Assembly (NCBI GenBank): GCA_964016885.1
Contig: OZ024740.1
Coordinates: 404,736,001-404,800,000 of the forward strand
Direction of reading: 5' to 3'
DNA length: 64,000 nucleotides
Origin: Eledone cirrhosa
Taxonomy: Eukaryota
Below, in pieces: positions 12,451 to 24,499 of the stretch. The notes under the pieces were generated by a model. That model ran no database searches. It was not told the DNA's origin and worked only from the letters and a program-made list of their open reading frames with translations. Made by a program: the position numbers and the translations under genes. Numbering within the stretch: the first letter of the stretch is position 1; the number at the start of each line of letters is the position of its first letter.

Positions 12451-13499
12451 TTCTTTTTTCCATATTTCTTTCCGAAAAAAATCAGCTGTGTGCAGACCTG
12501 GAGAGCAATGAGTGCCAACAGGTTTTAAAATAAAAATGCCTAAGACACGTCCCTACGACTCCACCAGGAGTCCTGAGACCAACGCAAGAACGAAGCTCTG
12601 AAATGCTTGATATATTTGCGTGACGTTTTACGAATTTGGAGTGCTACGTTCAAATAAAACCATTTGCTATGCAAATCGTATTTAAACATGAATAATTTTT
12701 TTCGTTATAGTTTAAGTAATTTTATTTTCACTATTTATATGTTTTCGAACTCTCTGAAATTTAATTTTTGTAGTATATTTAAATAAAATTCGTAACAGCA
12801 TGTTCATGTCACAGAAAGCAAGCCATATCAACATCAAACCAAACTTTACAAATAAGGCAAACGAAAGCGTAAAGAACTAGTCATTAATATGTCACGATAG
12901 AAGAAATATTTGTAACATATATGTGTTTTTACGTTAAAAGACCCCATTCACAAGAATGCTCAATCCACACACGCGATATAATTGTGAGAACCTGTTTGTT
13001 AATACATGATAGTATATAAAATATAAATATCCGTTAATATATGAGTATATAAATATATGATAATATATGTCAATATCTAAAATATGTAATAACATCGAAA
13101 TGTCAGGAGTCTTATAATTAATTATAAATATAAACATATGCTAAAATAAGATAATATATGAAATATCTAATAATAATATATTAATATATTTGAAGTCTTC
13201 CTAAGTGAACATCGAATCCATTTCTTCGTCTTTCTATCTGTTTGTCTCCACCCCCTCATGCACTCTACGCAGTACATATATACACATACATGCGCGCGCG
13301 CACACATATATATATCGAGAGAGAAAGGAAAGAGAGGGAGTGGTACATTTTAGTAGAAACTTCAGAATATTTTACGCTATACTATTTTTTTTTATATACA
13401 TGTAAAACGAAAAACAAATTCAATCATAATAAAATATTTTCATACTATAGAATCATTTCGTTTTTTAATTAAAAATATTTAAATAGATACTGCAGGGTG

Positions 13500-13742
13500 T
13501 ATATAAAATGTTTATTTCGCATTCCGGAACATTATTCCACTCTTTCGAAAAACTATGGAAAGTGGCACATGCGCACTACTTCCTTCATTGCTGAAAAATT
13601 TGAAAAGTAGTCGGCCACCGACTTTCTAACCTCGCTTGAAAAAGGTCACCGCCAGAGTCTGGTAAAGCTGAGAGCGATTTAAAAAAAGGAAGATAAAAAA
13701 ATATACTGTACCAGACGAGGAAGGCCTCTTTTTCGCAGGTAT
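13500..13742 (+). promoter_or_regulatory. Probable TENT4 core promoter / 5'UTR
   Basis: CpG-retaining stretch directly upstream of the ATG. Contains NRF1-like GCACATGCGCAC (~13565-13576) and ETS-like CCGGAA (~13525). The TSS cannot be determined from sequence. Confidence 0.5.
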
Positions 13743-14110
13743 ATGGATCCAAGAACTGCTTGGTTTCCACCGGAGCATCTTGGACGAGCCCATACTCTTT
13801 GGACTAAAATTTGGGAGGCGCAAATAGGCGTGGACAGCATGTACCTCAATAACAGTAACTTAGTAAATTCGGACCAAAAATCTCAAGAATATATATCTTT
13901 GGATATTGTTAATATCCTCGACGGAAAGAATACACAAACGAATGGTGACCATAATGTTTTAAATCAACAAAATCAATTGAAACGCAAGCGTGAAAATCGT
14001 GCCAGTACGTATGGCTTGAATCATTCCTCTGTAAAGCATTTACTTAGAAAAGATGGCGCTCTAATTCCTTGGAAAAGTAAGGATAAACATTACCATACAA
14101 ATCTCTTAGG
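13743..14110 (+). CDS. TENT4A/B: TENT4A/B (PAPD5/7, Trf4) coding exon 1: N-terminal extension with basic NLS-like motif
   Basis: Translates MDPRTAWFPPEHLGRAHTLWTKIWE...KRKRENRASTYGLN...PWK..., matching the vertebrate TENT4 long-isoform N-terminus as I recall it (MDPRxAWxQPEQxG..LW..IWE; KRKRxNKASTYGLN). Donor GG|GTAGGT at 14111 is phase 2 and completes Gly with exon 2. Confidence 0.93.
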
Positions 14111-14903
14111 GTAGGTATCATCTTTACAATTTATTTCATACATTGTTTTTATATTCGTTATGTTACATGTAAATCAACAACTGTCACTCTAAGTATCATA
14201 ATATAGTAGAAAACGCTGTCAAAGAGAAAACGAGCATGCATTAAATGATATGTGTGTTTTACCTGTTTTTTAACAACGGTCAGCATCTGTTATTTCAGTC
14301 CCCGAAATTGTGCCCATCGTGTACTTATAACCTACTGCGAAGCTTTTGTTTTAAGAGCTTTCATTTTTTAATGCATCATTATCTAATCTTTCACTGCTTT
14401 CAATCTATTGAAATTCGTTCTCCACCATTGCCAGATAGTTTTTAAAATGCTAGAAATGTATTCTTTCGATTTTTGAGAGATATCTAACCGCAGGCATTTC
14501 TGATAACTTAATTTTATGATGGCAACCATGTGATTTTGCAAATAACCGTTTCTTAAGTAATTATAAAGAACAATGTCAAGATTCTCTGCATATATCCTAA
14601 TTTTTACCAACAGATACTCCAATTTAGCCGTCTTCTCTTCTCACAAGATGTACATGTATATATATATATATATATTTATCAAAATGCTGTGGAATATTTT
14701 TCTTTCTTTTGTACATATAACATTTATCTGTATATGGTTTCAAATTTAGAATCAAGAATACACTTGTTGCAATATCTGAGCAAAAATTTATGAAATTAAA
14801 ACCTAGTTGTAATTTATTGCCCGAAAAAATGTCATTTACATTGCGGTTTAAACTTTTTTTTTTTTTTTTCAAAAAATGTTATCCATATGTATCTAGTTAA
14901 ATA

Positions 14904-14942
<39 letters not shown>

Positions 14943-15282
14943 AAATTAACCCCAAGAAAACCGAAGATTTTTGTTTTTTGTTTGTTTTTATTTTTGTTTT
15001 TTTTTGTTCAATATCTATCGTTTTAGTGTTTTTGACACCCTAGTTGTACGTAACCTGATACATCAGTTTTGACATTTAATTTGCACTTCATCTCATCGGT
15101 CCAGTATTCAACACGAAGCTAATTATTGTTTTAGTTAAAATTTAATTTCATTATTTTATGTAATATATATTCTAAAATGTTTTGACAGTGGTGTCATGAC
15201 GTGTATAAAAAATGCTTCTCCATTTTGTACCCCAGTCTTGTGGATTTCTTATAGTCAACCTCAGACGAAGAAATCCTGTTTG

Positions 15283-15314
<32 letters not shown>

Positions 15315-16770
15315 GCTTTGAAATAAAAATTTGTGCGATCGTTCATTTTCCATGCTATTTTTCTTCTTTTCCCTCAATTTAAATGAATGATGCTCAACGA
15401 TGAGTTTGCTGAATCGGAAGCTATTATATAAAGGACAAATTTCCTTTTCTTGAAGTTTTTCTATTAATGAAGTTGATGTCAGAGTAAATTAAATAAAAAT
15501 CCCTGTACTTGTTAAGTTACATGCTTATTTAAATTAAATGTTCTCGGCTTGCTGCAATTTTATTTCAGATATTTTTTTTTTAAAATATGAATATATTTCA
15601 TTTATGAAGATTTATCTGATATTTCTCAAATATACAATAATAGAATTCTACCGACTTATTTTTCGATTAAAGTAAAGTATAATAAACCATCGATAATTTG
15701 AGTTAGTGAAAAATTTGAAGTGAACTTCAGATTTTCTTCATAAACTTCCTTTTCTCACGCCCTTTTTAGTCACGTTTAATAACCGATGACATTTCGATTA
15801 TTTTGAATGGTTCATTCTCAATTAAATTACTCACTTGCGATCGAGTTTTTGGTAAATTTATTCATTTCCAATGGTGTATTATATAATATTAATATGCAAC
15901 AGATGTAACGATGAAGGTATTGCTTAATTATGACAATAAATCTGACATATTTGTCTGTTGACCTCAATCCATTGATTATTAAAAAAATGAATGTCTGCAA
16001 TATATTTCTTTTGAGACCAACCCATAGAGTTTCACACTATTTTCGTTTAGTTTCATTATCTTAGGCAGTTGCTGTCTAGCTCATGCGATTAAGAAAGACT
16101 TTATAGGGTAATTGTCACTATTCTGAATTATTCCGATAAGTATTTTTGATTATTGGGTTATGCTTTTATCTTTATTGGTTTGAGCAACAACTGGAAATCT
16201 TAGTATAATTGATACAGTTTCTGCAACGTAACAAACTGAAAGTAACTACCTATTCGTGGAAATATTTGCGTTAATGGTATATAAACATTTTCATTTTTAA
16301 CCAAGTTATCAAGAGATAACTTAAAGCGTCAAAATTTCAAGGGCAGTTAACTGTTTAAAATTATGCATTTGCTGCAGATTCAAATATGAGGTTTTCTCAA
16401 ATATTATTGGACAGTACTTTTAGGACGATTAATAACTTTATAACTCTTGCTGGAGGTATAAGTATCATTTAATTATGTACGTCTTTTGTATCTTTATTAT
16501 TTAAAATGTTTTATATAATTTCCATATGTATTTTAGAATTCTGTAGAAAATTATGTAATTTGAAAATAGTCGTTTTTATGACTTCTCTCTCTCTTCCCCT
16601 CCCCATCGTTTCTATACTTAAAAAAAAAAATCATTATGCATGTTTGGGATAGCGCCAGATGTATCATTTAGCACTGTAAAATTTGAGTTAGGGGAGAAAA
16701 TAGAATGAGGGTTGCTAAGGAAAAGGTAAATTACTTCATATATATATATATAATATATATATATATATAT

Positions 16771-16902
16771 AGGAAAAAGTATGACCCCCGACGGCAGAGC
16801 TCAAGCCGTTTCGACGGCTATTTCTGGACTCGGTCCAGAAATAGCCGTCGAAGTATTGAGTACTCTAGTCCATCTGGTTCCTTACCACAATTTCTTTATT
16901 TT
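16771..16902. mobile_element. Short palindromic element between (TA)n tracts; probable Penelope-like terminal remnant
   Basis: Perfect 20-bp inverted repeat (16810-16829 and 16833-16852). A related sequence lies at ~42600-42705. Confidence 0.5.
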
Positions 16903-17151
16903 ATATATATATATATATATATGTGTGTGTGATTTTCGCTTTTGTGTTATAATTTAATATGTAGATGAAAATATTAATAAAAGTAAAACCCTTTAATTTC
17001 AAGATTTGTGAGAATTATTAAATATAGCAGGTTCGAATGACTAAGCAAACATGATCAGTGACGTTCATGTCACGACTATCCCGGCACTTTCTCTGACATT
17101 GCGTAACTAAAACTACATTACAGAATGTTTCCCCTCTTTGCGAGTTGGTGG

Positions 17152-17330
17152 GGCGTAGACAGGATTAAGTTAAGGCTTTTACTTCGCAACTATCTGGTTT
17201 CGGGTTCGGTCCCTCTTGGCGACACATTAGAAAAGTGTCATCTACCATAGCCTCGGTTTCACCAAAGCCTTGTGAGTTAGATAATTTGGTAACTGTATAG
17301 AAACCCGTTGGTGGAACCATTTGTTCTCGG
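17152..17330 (+). mobile_element. tRNA-derived CORE-like SINE (octopus OR/OK-like)
   Basis: B-box GGTTCGGTCCC, then AAGTGTCATCTACCATAGCCTCGG..ACCAAAGCCTTGTGAG. Related copies at ~11885-12070 (-), ~44965-45120 (+) and ~62600-62740 (-). Confidence 0.7.
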
Positions 17331-18212
17331 ATGGTAGGAGTTAGATTTCCTCGCACGTTTTAACACCACATTTTTCTTCATTAAATTTGTGGAGAAGTTT
17401 CGCATTTTGTATATAAGAATGGCAGACAATGAACAGAAAAATACCTGTTTTATATTTTTTAAAAATCTTTGCCATTTGAATTTTTTTTTTCTTTTTTTTT
17501 TCTTTCGATCTTGACCTGCTCCTCACAACACTTGGCAGTCAATTGCCGCCCACCAATAAATTAGCTCAACAAGGTGAGGCAGTCGGATATGAGTCTCAAA
17601 ATAGAATCTTGCCTAAGATTCCGACAAGACTAGTTTCATTTTATCGTAGCGGTCTTCATTTTTATTCACTTTCAATTTGTCAAATATTTTTTTTTATAAT
17701 TACTGCGAAATATCTTAAATTTCCTTACCACACTTTGGAAACGAAGAATTGGTTTTAATTTTAACCATTTGAAATGTGAAACAAAATTTTCATTCCCTTT
17801 CCTTCCAAATCGAAAAAAAAAAGCCCATTATTGCATACATTGCTTTTTCTTCGTCAGCTGAGAAATGCACATTGGTTAGAGATGGAAGCCTGTGGTACAC
17901 CTCTTAGGTTATCCATTGAGACCTAGTGTGTGTGTGTGTGTGCGCGATTCCATCTATACTGTGCAATTAAGATTAGACTTCTACTTCCGAATGAAATATA
18001 TGTACTTCTATTACTCGTTCATTTACACCATCGCCAAGATCAAAGTGGCTGCTTGCAACTGTGGCATGTTTCTATGCAAAGAAAAAAGAAATTATTGGAG
18101 TATTTCTAGTACATTGTACTTATTACTACTACATAGTACGTAGCTCTTCATTTGTCCATCTGATGAAATTCCTCCACATTTAGGTCACACCAAGTTTGTG
18201 TATACCGTTATA

Positions 18213-18365
18213 TGGTGAAGTCGCGTTTATATGATTAGGGTATTGGACTCAGGATCATAAGCTCGTGGGTTCGATTCCTGGATCGGGCGGCGCGTTGTCT
18301 TCTTGATCAAAACTCTTCATTTCACGTTACTTTTCGTGATAGGGTTGGGGTTTCCTATAATTAAA
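18213..18365 (+). mobile_element. tRNA-derived SINE
   Basis: B-box GGTTCGATTCC, then CORE-like TTGTCTTCTTGATCAAAACTCTTCATTTCACG. Related copies at ~41090-41340, ~41530-41660, ~42285-42530 (-), ~49580-49790 and ~52440-52660. Confidence 0.7.
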
Positions 18366-19058
18366 TTTCAAATCTATATTTCATATAAACTGCAACCCCG
18401 AAGGAAATCTGCTAAACTCAATTAGGTGTGAACTGTATATATGCTGTTAAGTACTCCTGTATATGTCGCATGCTGGTTTTTTTTTTTATGTCTTATTTTT
18501 GGTAGAAAGATATGACTTATACATGGTGGGGAGGGAAATATATATATATATATATGCAATTGTGTGTGAGCGCGTGCATGTGTATCTATCACGATCAGTT
18601 TACATCTTTTATATATATAACAAACTTACATCATCATCATCATTTAACGTCTATTTCCATGCATGCATGGGTTAGACGGGTTGTCACGTTACGAGACAAT
18701 TCAAGTCAGGTGACCATGTCTTGCTCATACCCATCTGTATTTTGGCTTGGTTTCTACGGCTGGATGCCCTTCCAACGCCAACGATTTATATATTTACATG
18801 GGAACAGATATATTTAGGTCTGTCTTGGCGTGCAGTAAAACCACTGGGAGAAGAGAACCTACTAATCAAAAATTGCTATTGGCTAGTGGTTATCCTTTTA
18901 TTGGAAAAGTCTTGGAAAATGCCATCTGAATAGATATCTGCAGTAGTTCCCGGTTATCTTCCTCTTGCTTGTCAGTGGATATTTAACTATATGGCTGCTT
19001 GCTTCGTATGAGGCTGTTATCTAACAAAATTGCAGCCTCATGTGTGAGAGTAAAGCCG

Positions 19059-19116
<58 letters not shown>

Positions 19117-19188
19117 GGACTGAAATACCTTAGCTGAATGTTCTGCATACAAAATACACTTGTAGTAATTATATATGTATATATATAT

Positions 19189-19548
19189 GGTCCGAATGCA
19201 CCATATTGAAAATTTCATGGAGAGACTAAGTTAGCAACGAGGAAGTGATGAGGAAGTCAGGATTGGAGAGGTTAAGGAACATTGTCCGGAAAAGGAGACG
19301 GCGGTTCGCGGACCACATACTTCGTTTGCCGGTAGATCGACCTGCTCATATTGCCTTGGATTGGGTACCAGAAGATGACAGGAGAGAACGGGGAAGACCA
19401 CGAAAAACATGGCGGAGCACATTCAAGGGAGGACCTTTGGGAGATGGGAATTACCTGGAGAGGTGCTAGAAGGGCCGCCAGTGACAGGATCAAGTGGAGG
19501 AAGCTCGTCGCCCAATGTTCCACAAAGGACTGGAGGAACTAAGACTAA
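19189..19548 (+). mobile_element. 5'-truncated RTE-clade LINE inserted in (TA)n
   Basis: VRKRRRRFADHILRLPVDRPAHIALDWVP..RRERGRPRKTWRSTF / MGITWRGARRAASDRIKWRKLVAQC (one frameshift). TA tracts on both sides. Confidence 0.85.
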
Positions 19549-20537
19549 TATATATATATATATATATGAGAGGAAAACTTTTGAGATTATCTTTGCAATT
19601 AAGACAACTCGACTAGGGTATTTAAAATCTAAAAGCATCAAAGGAAATAGCTGCTCGAAATCTTTTTTTTTTTTTTTTTTTTTTAATACATTGGAATTTT
19701 GAGTGGGTCTTAAGTTAAAAGCCAACTGCTGAAAGCAATTTCACTCCCTATATTACGCATGTGATACTATTATATGTTAATTTAGTATTCAAAGCAGTTC
19801 TCAGGTATTTTCCCATAGTCCAATTGTTGATATTCATAATTATTGATATTCGTTTCTACTTTCGCTCTATTTCTAAATATACTTTCTTTGTTTTGACAAC
19901 TGAGCTAAATATGCTTAATGAAGAAATCTAACAGGATTGAAACATGTCAATTGGCTTTTGATAGGATTCACTCCTAACTGCATCATCTTTATTTAAATAA
20001 AAAAAATTAAAAAAATGGAGTTATCTATCCTGCTTGCTTTTGGACTTTAAACAATAGTAGGAGTCTTAGCCTTCCCTTTGCAAAGATAATCTCCGTATTA
20101 TATATATTTTTGTAACATTAGATGCATGTTGGAAAAATTCAGATCTATGGTCTTTGCGACATCATGACTACTCTTCAGGAACACGCCTCCATCAGAGTAG
20201 GTAATGACTGCGAACTGTTTCATCTCGTGCAGTTGTAGCACAATATAAAGTTAAGACTCACAACCCCTTAAAAGTAAAGCTCTATGGAACATTGCAAGGA
20301 GATATAAAACTTTGGCTTTGTTGGTCATTTGTTGTGAAAAAGGAATAAGGTCAAGGTAGATGAGAAACAATAAGACAATTGGAAGAATCTGTGCATGTGT
20401 TTGGCTGTGATAACCTATTCTGCCTAGTCTAAATATGTACACTATATGAAAGTTTGTAATTAGGAAAGAACATGAAACCTAAGACCATTAAAAAAGGCTA
20501 AAAAGCTTCTAATTTCCATTTCACAGACAAAAGTATC

Positions 20538-21230
20538 TAAGTATATTCTCGATTATAACCCCCCACCCTAACTTTTGTCTAAGAAATGGTAAAACATTCA
20601 AACACCATTTATAAGCCAAGACAGCTAATCAACACATTGTCTAGATGGTGTGGTTTTGAAATTCTCATGAGTATAGAATATATTTATGAAAGTTTACTAT
20701 TTTAAGTGTCCTTTAGAGTATAGCTTTTTGCAACTCCATTATGTAATGCTTCTTATAATTTCAACAAGTTCCTCAAATTTTTGTTTACTTCCGGCCACTT
20801 ACATGCTGAGACTAGTTGAAAGCTAGATATGGAATAAGAGAACTTTATGAAGGGATTCATAGAGTAAAGGGAGGGAGGCAGAGAGAGTGAGAAAAAGCAA
20901 TATAGCACAAATCAGAAGTAGGATTGAAAGAAAAAGTATTAAGTTAGAGAAAAACAGTTGGTGTGCGTGTGGGATATTTATGTATTAAAAAGTTCAATTA
21001 CAAAAATTTGTTTGAAATATTTTCAATGAATGCCTAAATAACACTAATGACGATGTATTAAATGTAGAAAATCAGTGTTTCATTGTAAATAATCACTAGA
21101 TATTTTAGCACCCTATTTACGTAGAATTTGAAGTTGGTGTAAAATTATTAACCCCCCCCCCCCATTTTACCATTGATTTAAAAAAAAAAATTGGGGAGTC
21201 ACATTCAACTTATATTCGAGTATATACTGT
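20538..21230. mobile_element. Non-autonomous Tc1/pogo(Tigger)-like DNA element (MITE)
   Basis: Imperfect TIRs: left GTATATTCTCGATTATAA, right CTTATATTCGAGTATATACTGTA. Confidence 0.55.
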
Positions 21231-21402
21231 AATTTACAGCATGTAACCATTTGTCACCCCTAGAACACCAAAATGGTTCTCACTGATTTAAATAACAGAT
21301 TATATATATATATATATATATATGTATGTTTGTGTTTGTATGAGATATACAGACTTTATGAATGGAGAACCAATGCTTATAACATTTGTATGAAGGAATG
21401 TT

Positions 21403-21448
<46 letters not shown>

Positions 21449-22089
21449 ACAAATGGAATGTACGTATTGAGAAAAATGTATATCTCATTTCTCAATTTCT
21501 TTTATTCTCAGATCACTGCTTTCTTTACTACTATATTTGTAGTATTTTAGTCTGGGCGATGAATCATTTTAGCCAAATGCAGCTGCAGTGAATTAAAATA
21601 TGACAGTTTTATGAATTCATTAACATATGATAAAATGTAATTTGCTTTTGACCTGAGAGGAAGGGTGATAACTCTGTTAGTCCTTGTTTAGCTTATCTCC
21701 CTTGAAGGTCCACAGCAGAGTGTTGAAAGAGGAATCAGGTATGGCTAAATTAGTATGCTTGTAGTGGAATTATAATGTGGGACCATTGGTGTGTGTCTCT
21801 GTTAAGTACACACTCACTATGCAGTTAGTCTCTTCAATTCTAAAATTAGAACTAATAACTGAACAGAAATATTGATCAGTTCTAAAGATAATGACCATTA
21901 CAGAGAATGGTTGCATATACATGGATATGTGCAAGAAGATATTAGTTGGGAGAGAAAGACTAGAAAAGAGCAAGTTAGATAGAAAGACTAGGAAACAGTA
22001 TCTGAATGGAAGACACTAAACATGAGTTGAGAAAAGGTAAGAAAGCATCAGTGAATCAGTTAAGTTGGGTTTTCAAGTTGGAATTTCCC

Positions 22090-22480
22090 AAATTGAGTTT
22101 AATATCTCATTCTTTGCATTGAGGCAATTGCTGGAGATTTTCAATAATTGGAGGATGATGATCTTTTCTGTAGTACAAAGCTTGCATTTCCCAAATTCAG
22201 TTATATAGGTTTTAAGTTTCTCAAGCAGTTCTTCATTTAATGTTAGTCATTCTGTTTTACAAGGCTCATATTTGCTTTGTTAATGTTGTGGAGTTTCTCT
22301 TGTCTACATGTTTGAGGGATGAAATATGAGTCTTAGCTAGCTACCTTCAACAAGTGGTGTTTTTTTTTTCATTTTTTTTTTTCATTGTTTAGTTTGGCAT
22401 GGGTGATGTAACTTTGGCTTCATATTCAATTGATGTTACAGGCTTGGTCTAACAAGTCTTCATAACTTTTGTATGATTAG
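22090..22480 (-). mobile_element. Penelope-like element, GIY-YIG endonuclease C-terminal remnant
   Basis: Minus strand: SIEYEAKVT ... HISSLKHVDKRNSTTLTKQI*AL ... KTYITEFGKCKLCTTEKIII...CLNAKNEILNS, the Y..C.LC..EK...LN...E pattern of Penelope-like endonucleases. Confidence 0.7.
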
Positions 22481-22814
22481 GCTGAGTTTTCTTGTGCCTT
22501 GGGTTTAGATGTTAAAGAATGTTATATTAGCACAGGAGTAGCTAATCTTAACGAAATGTCTACTGAAAACTTTACTGTATCCTTAATGTGATAAAAATGT
22601 TTATCTAGCAGTACCAAGAATTTCCTACCTACATTTAAGAAGAAAGGTAGATAGGGGTTAATTATATAATTTTTCCTTGAATAGGGCCTTGCTGTAGCAG
22701 GGGGCCCACTTTAGAAGTGGATAGATTAAAAGCTGTATGGCTAAAATTGGAGATGAGGTTCTTAGTGACTATAGTGGGGGTAGTGGTAGAATTCTTTCTT
22801 TAGGAAGAGGCTAT

Positions 22815-23085
22815 TTTGCCGGTAAGAGTGTCACACTATGCTTTGCTGCAGAGTTGCGGCCCTTTATGGTCTGAGTTCAAATACCACCAAGGTTATCTTT
22901 GCCTTTCATCTTTATGGGGGTCAATAAAATAAAGCATCAGTAATGCACTAGGTTCGATTTAAGTTGTTGGCCTTGTTCCAAAATCAGAAACCATTATGAT
23001 GGCAGGTCGATAAAATAAAGTACCAGTAATGCACTGGGTAATTGCTGGCCTTGTGCCAAAAGTAGAAACAATTATGATGGCAGGT
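22815..23085 (+). mobile_element. Two Meta-domain-like SINEs in tandem; the second is 5'-truncated
   Basis: The second copy is flanked by a 15-bp TSD ATTATGATGGCAGGT (22993-23007 and 23071-23085). Confidence 0.8.
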
Positions 23086-23439
23086 AATGTTAAAAATACC
23101 ATACAGATTTAACACACAAGTTTTGTTTTCACCACCAATTGTTAAGACTGGCAAAATAGCCTATTTTTTTTTTTTTTTATATACTTAAATTTTTCATTTG
23201 GTTTATGGAAAGGCTTACATTTTCCTATTATCAGGTTGTTAAACTAAGAAATTTGCCTGAGTTGAATTAGTGTAGAAACCATTATCTCCACTAAGTAACA
23301 AAACCTATCAACTAATTTTAGGGAGCCATTGAATCATTTAAAAGAATTTATTTTACATGTTCTCATAGGACTGTATATAGTCTCTTTTCCATTAGCTTTC
23401 TCATTCTATTACACCTGTTGTGCATTCATAAGCTTATAC

Positions 23440-23960
23440 TGGATACACTGAATGAAATATATACCTATTTTTTTTTCTTCTGCATATCAAACATATCCAT
23501 TTCCAGACAGCCTGTATTTTCTACTTAGTAAACATTTACTTTTAGGCCCCTCGAATCTAGGTTTGTTTTCCATGTCTGAAATTTCTTCTCTATATCTACT
23601 AAGGTTCAGCTATAGGAACTAGATCATTGGCATACAAAGGTTATCGTATTTAGCTAGTCTTAAAATCTTTTGAACAACAGTGGGCTGAGAGCTGAACATT
23701 GATTGACCCCTGTCTGCATACTAAATTTGTTGTTGAACTCATTGCTAAATTTCATTGTAGTTCTCACAAGCCATTTATCTCCCACATGTCCACCCAAATT
23801 GCTGAGCATGAAACACTGGCAATCATGCTACTTTGCTAAACAATGGATATGACACTTAACAGTACTACTTAATTATGCAAGAGACTATCTTGTGCCATAT
23901 ACTTCTCAACATCCCAGTTCTCTGTATTACACTGCAGTCCAGAGTACTCTGTTGTAGAAC
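23440..23960 (-). mobile_element. Highly degenerate RTE reverse-transcriptase remnant
   Basis: Minus strand: QTGVNQCSALSPLLF, LYANDLVPIAE (YADD box) and LDSRGLKVNV. Confidence 0.65.
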
Positions 23961-24499
23961 ATTGACAGATTACTTTCTGCTTCATTGATTGCTAAGTACT
24001 AATAATATATAGCTTCTCTTCTCTATACTTGGTATTGTTCCACTGCTAGCCCTCTGCCTTTTAAATGTACCAAGATGTCTCTTAGACTTTATAACCCTAT
24101 CTGTAATACTGTTCTGCCACTGTCACCTCCCATCTGGTTGTGACCTTGCCCCAACCACATCTCATTGGCAGCCCTCAGTAGGTTGTCTCATAGGAGCGGT
24201 TTCCACTTCTTTGATACAGAAACATACCTTGTGAAATGCTTTAACTAGTGTCTCTTATCCTACAACTCCCTGGTGGTTCTTTAAGCTTTCATATCTACAA
24301 TTATTTACTGTATACTAATCAATCTGATCTGAAGGTTATGAGTTGGTTTTTCTTAAATCCCCAACATTTCGAGGCTTTTATGCAAGCCTGTTGCACTTAC
24401 ATAGTAAATAAGTTCAAACAAAAAAAATATGGTTTTTATATAATAGTTGTAAGATGTGTATTAGTTCATCAAAGATGTTCTCTTTTTACCTTAACCTTT

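Noticed and set aside
14905-15312. Poly-T (~14906-14939) and poly-A (~15283-15312) as a retrocopy tail or hairpin
   Set aside because: No associated element body or TSD. Simple homopolymers are common in this window.
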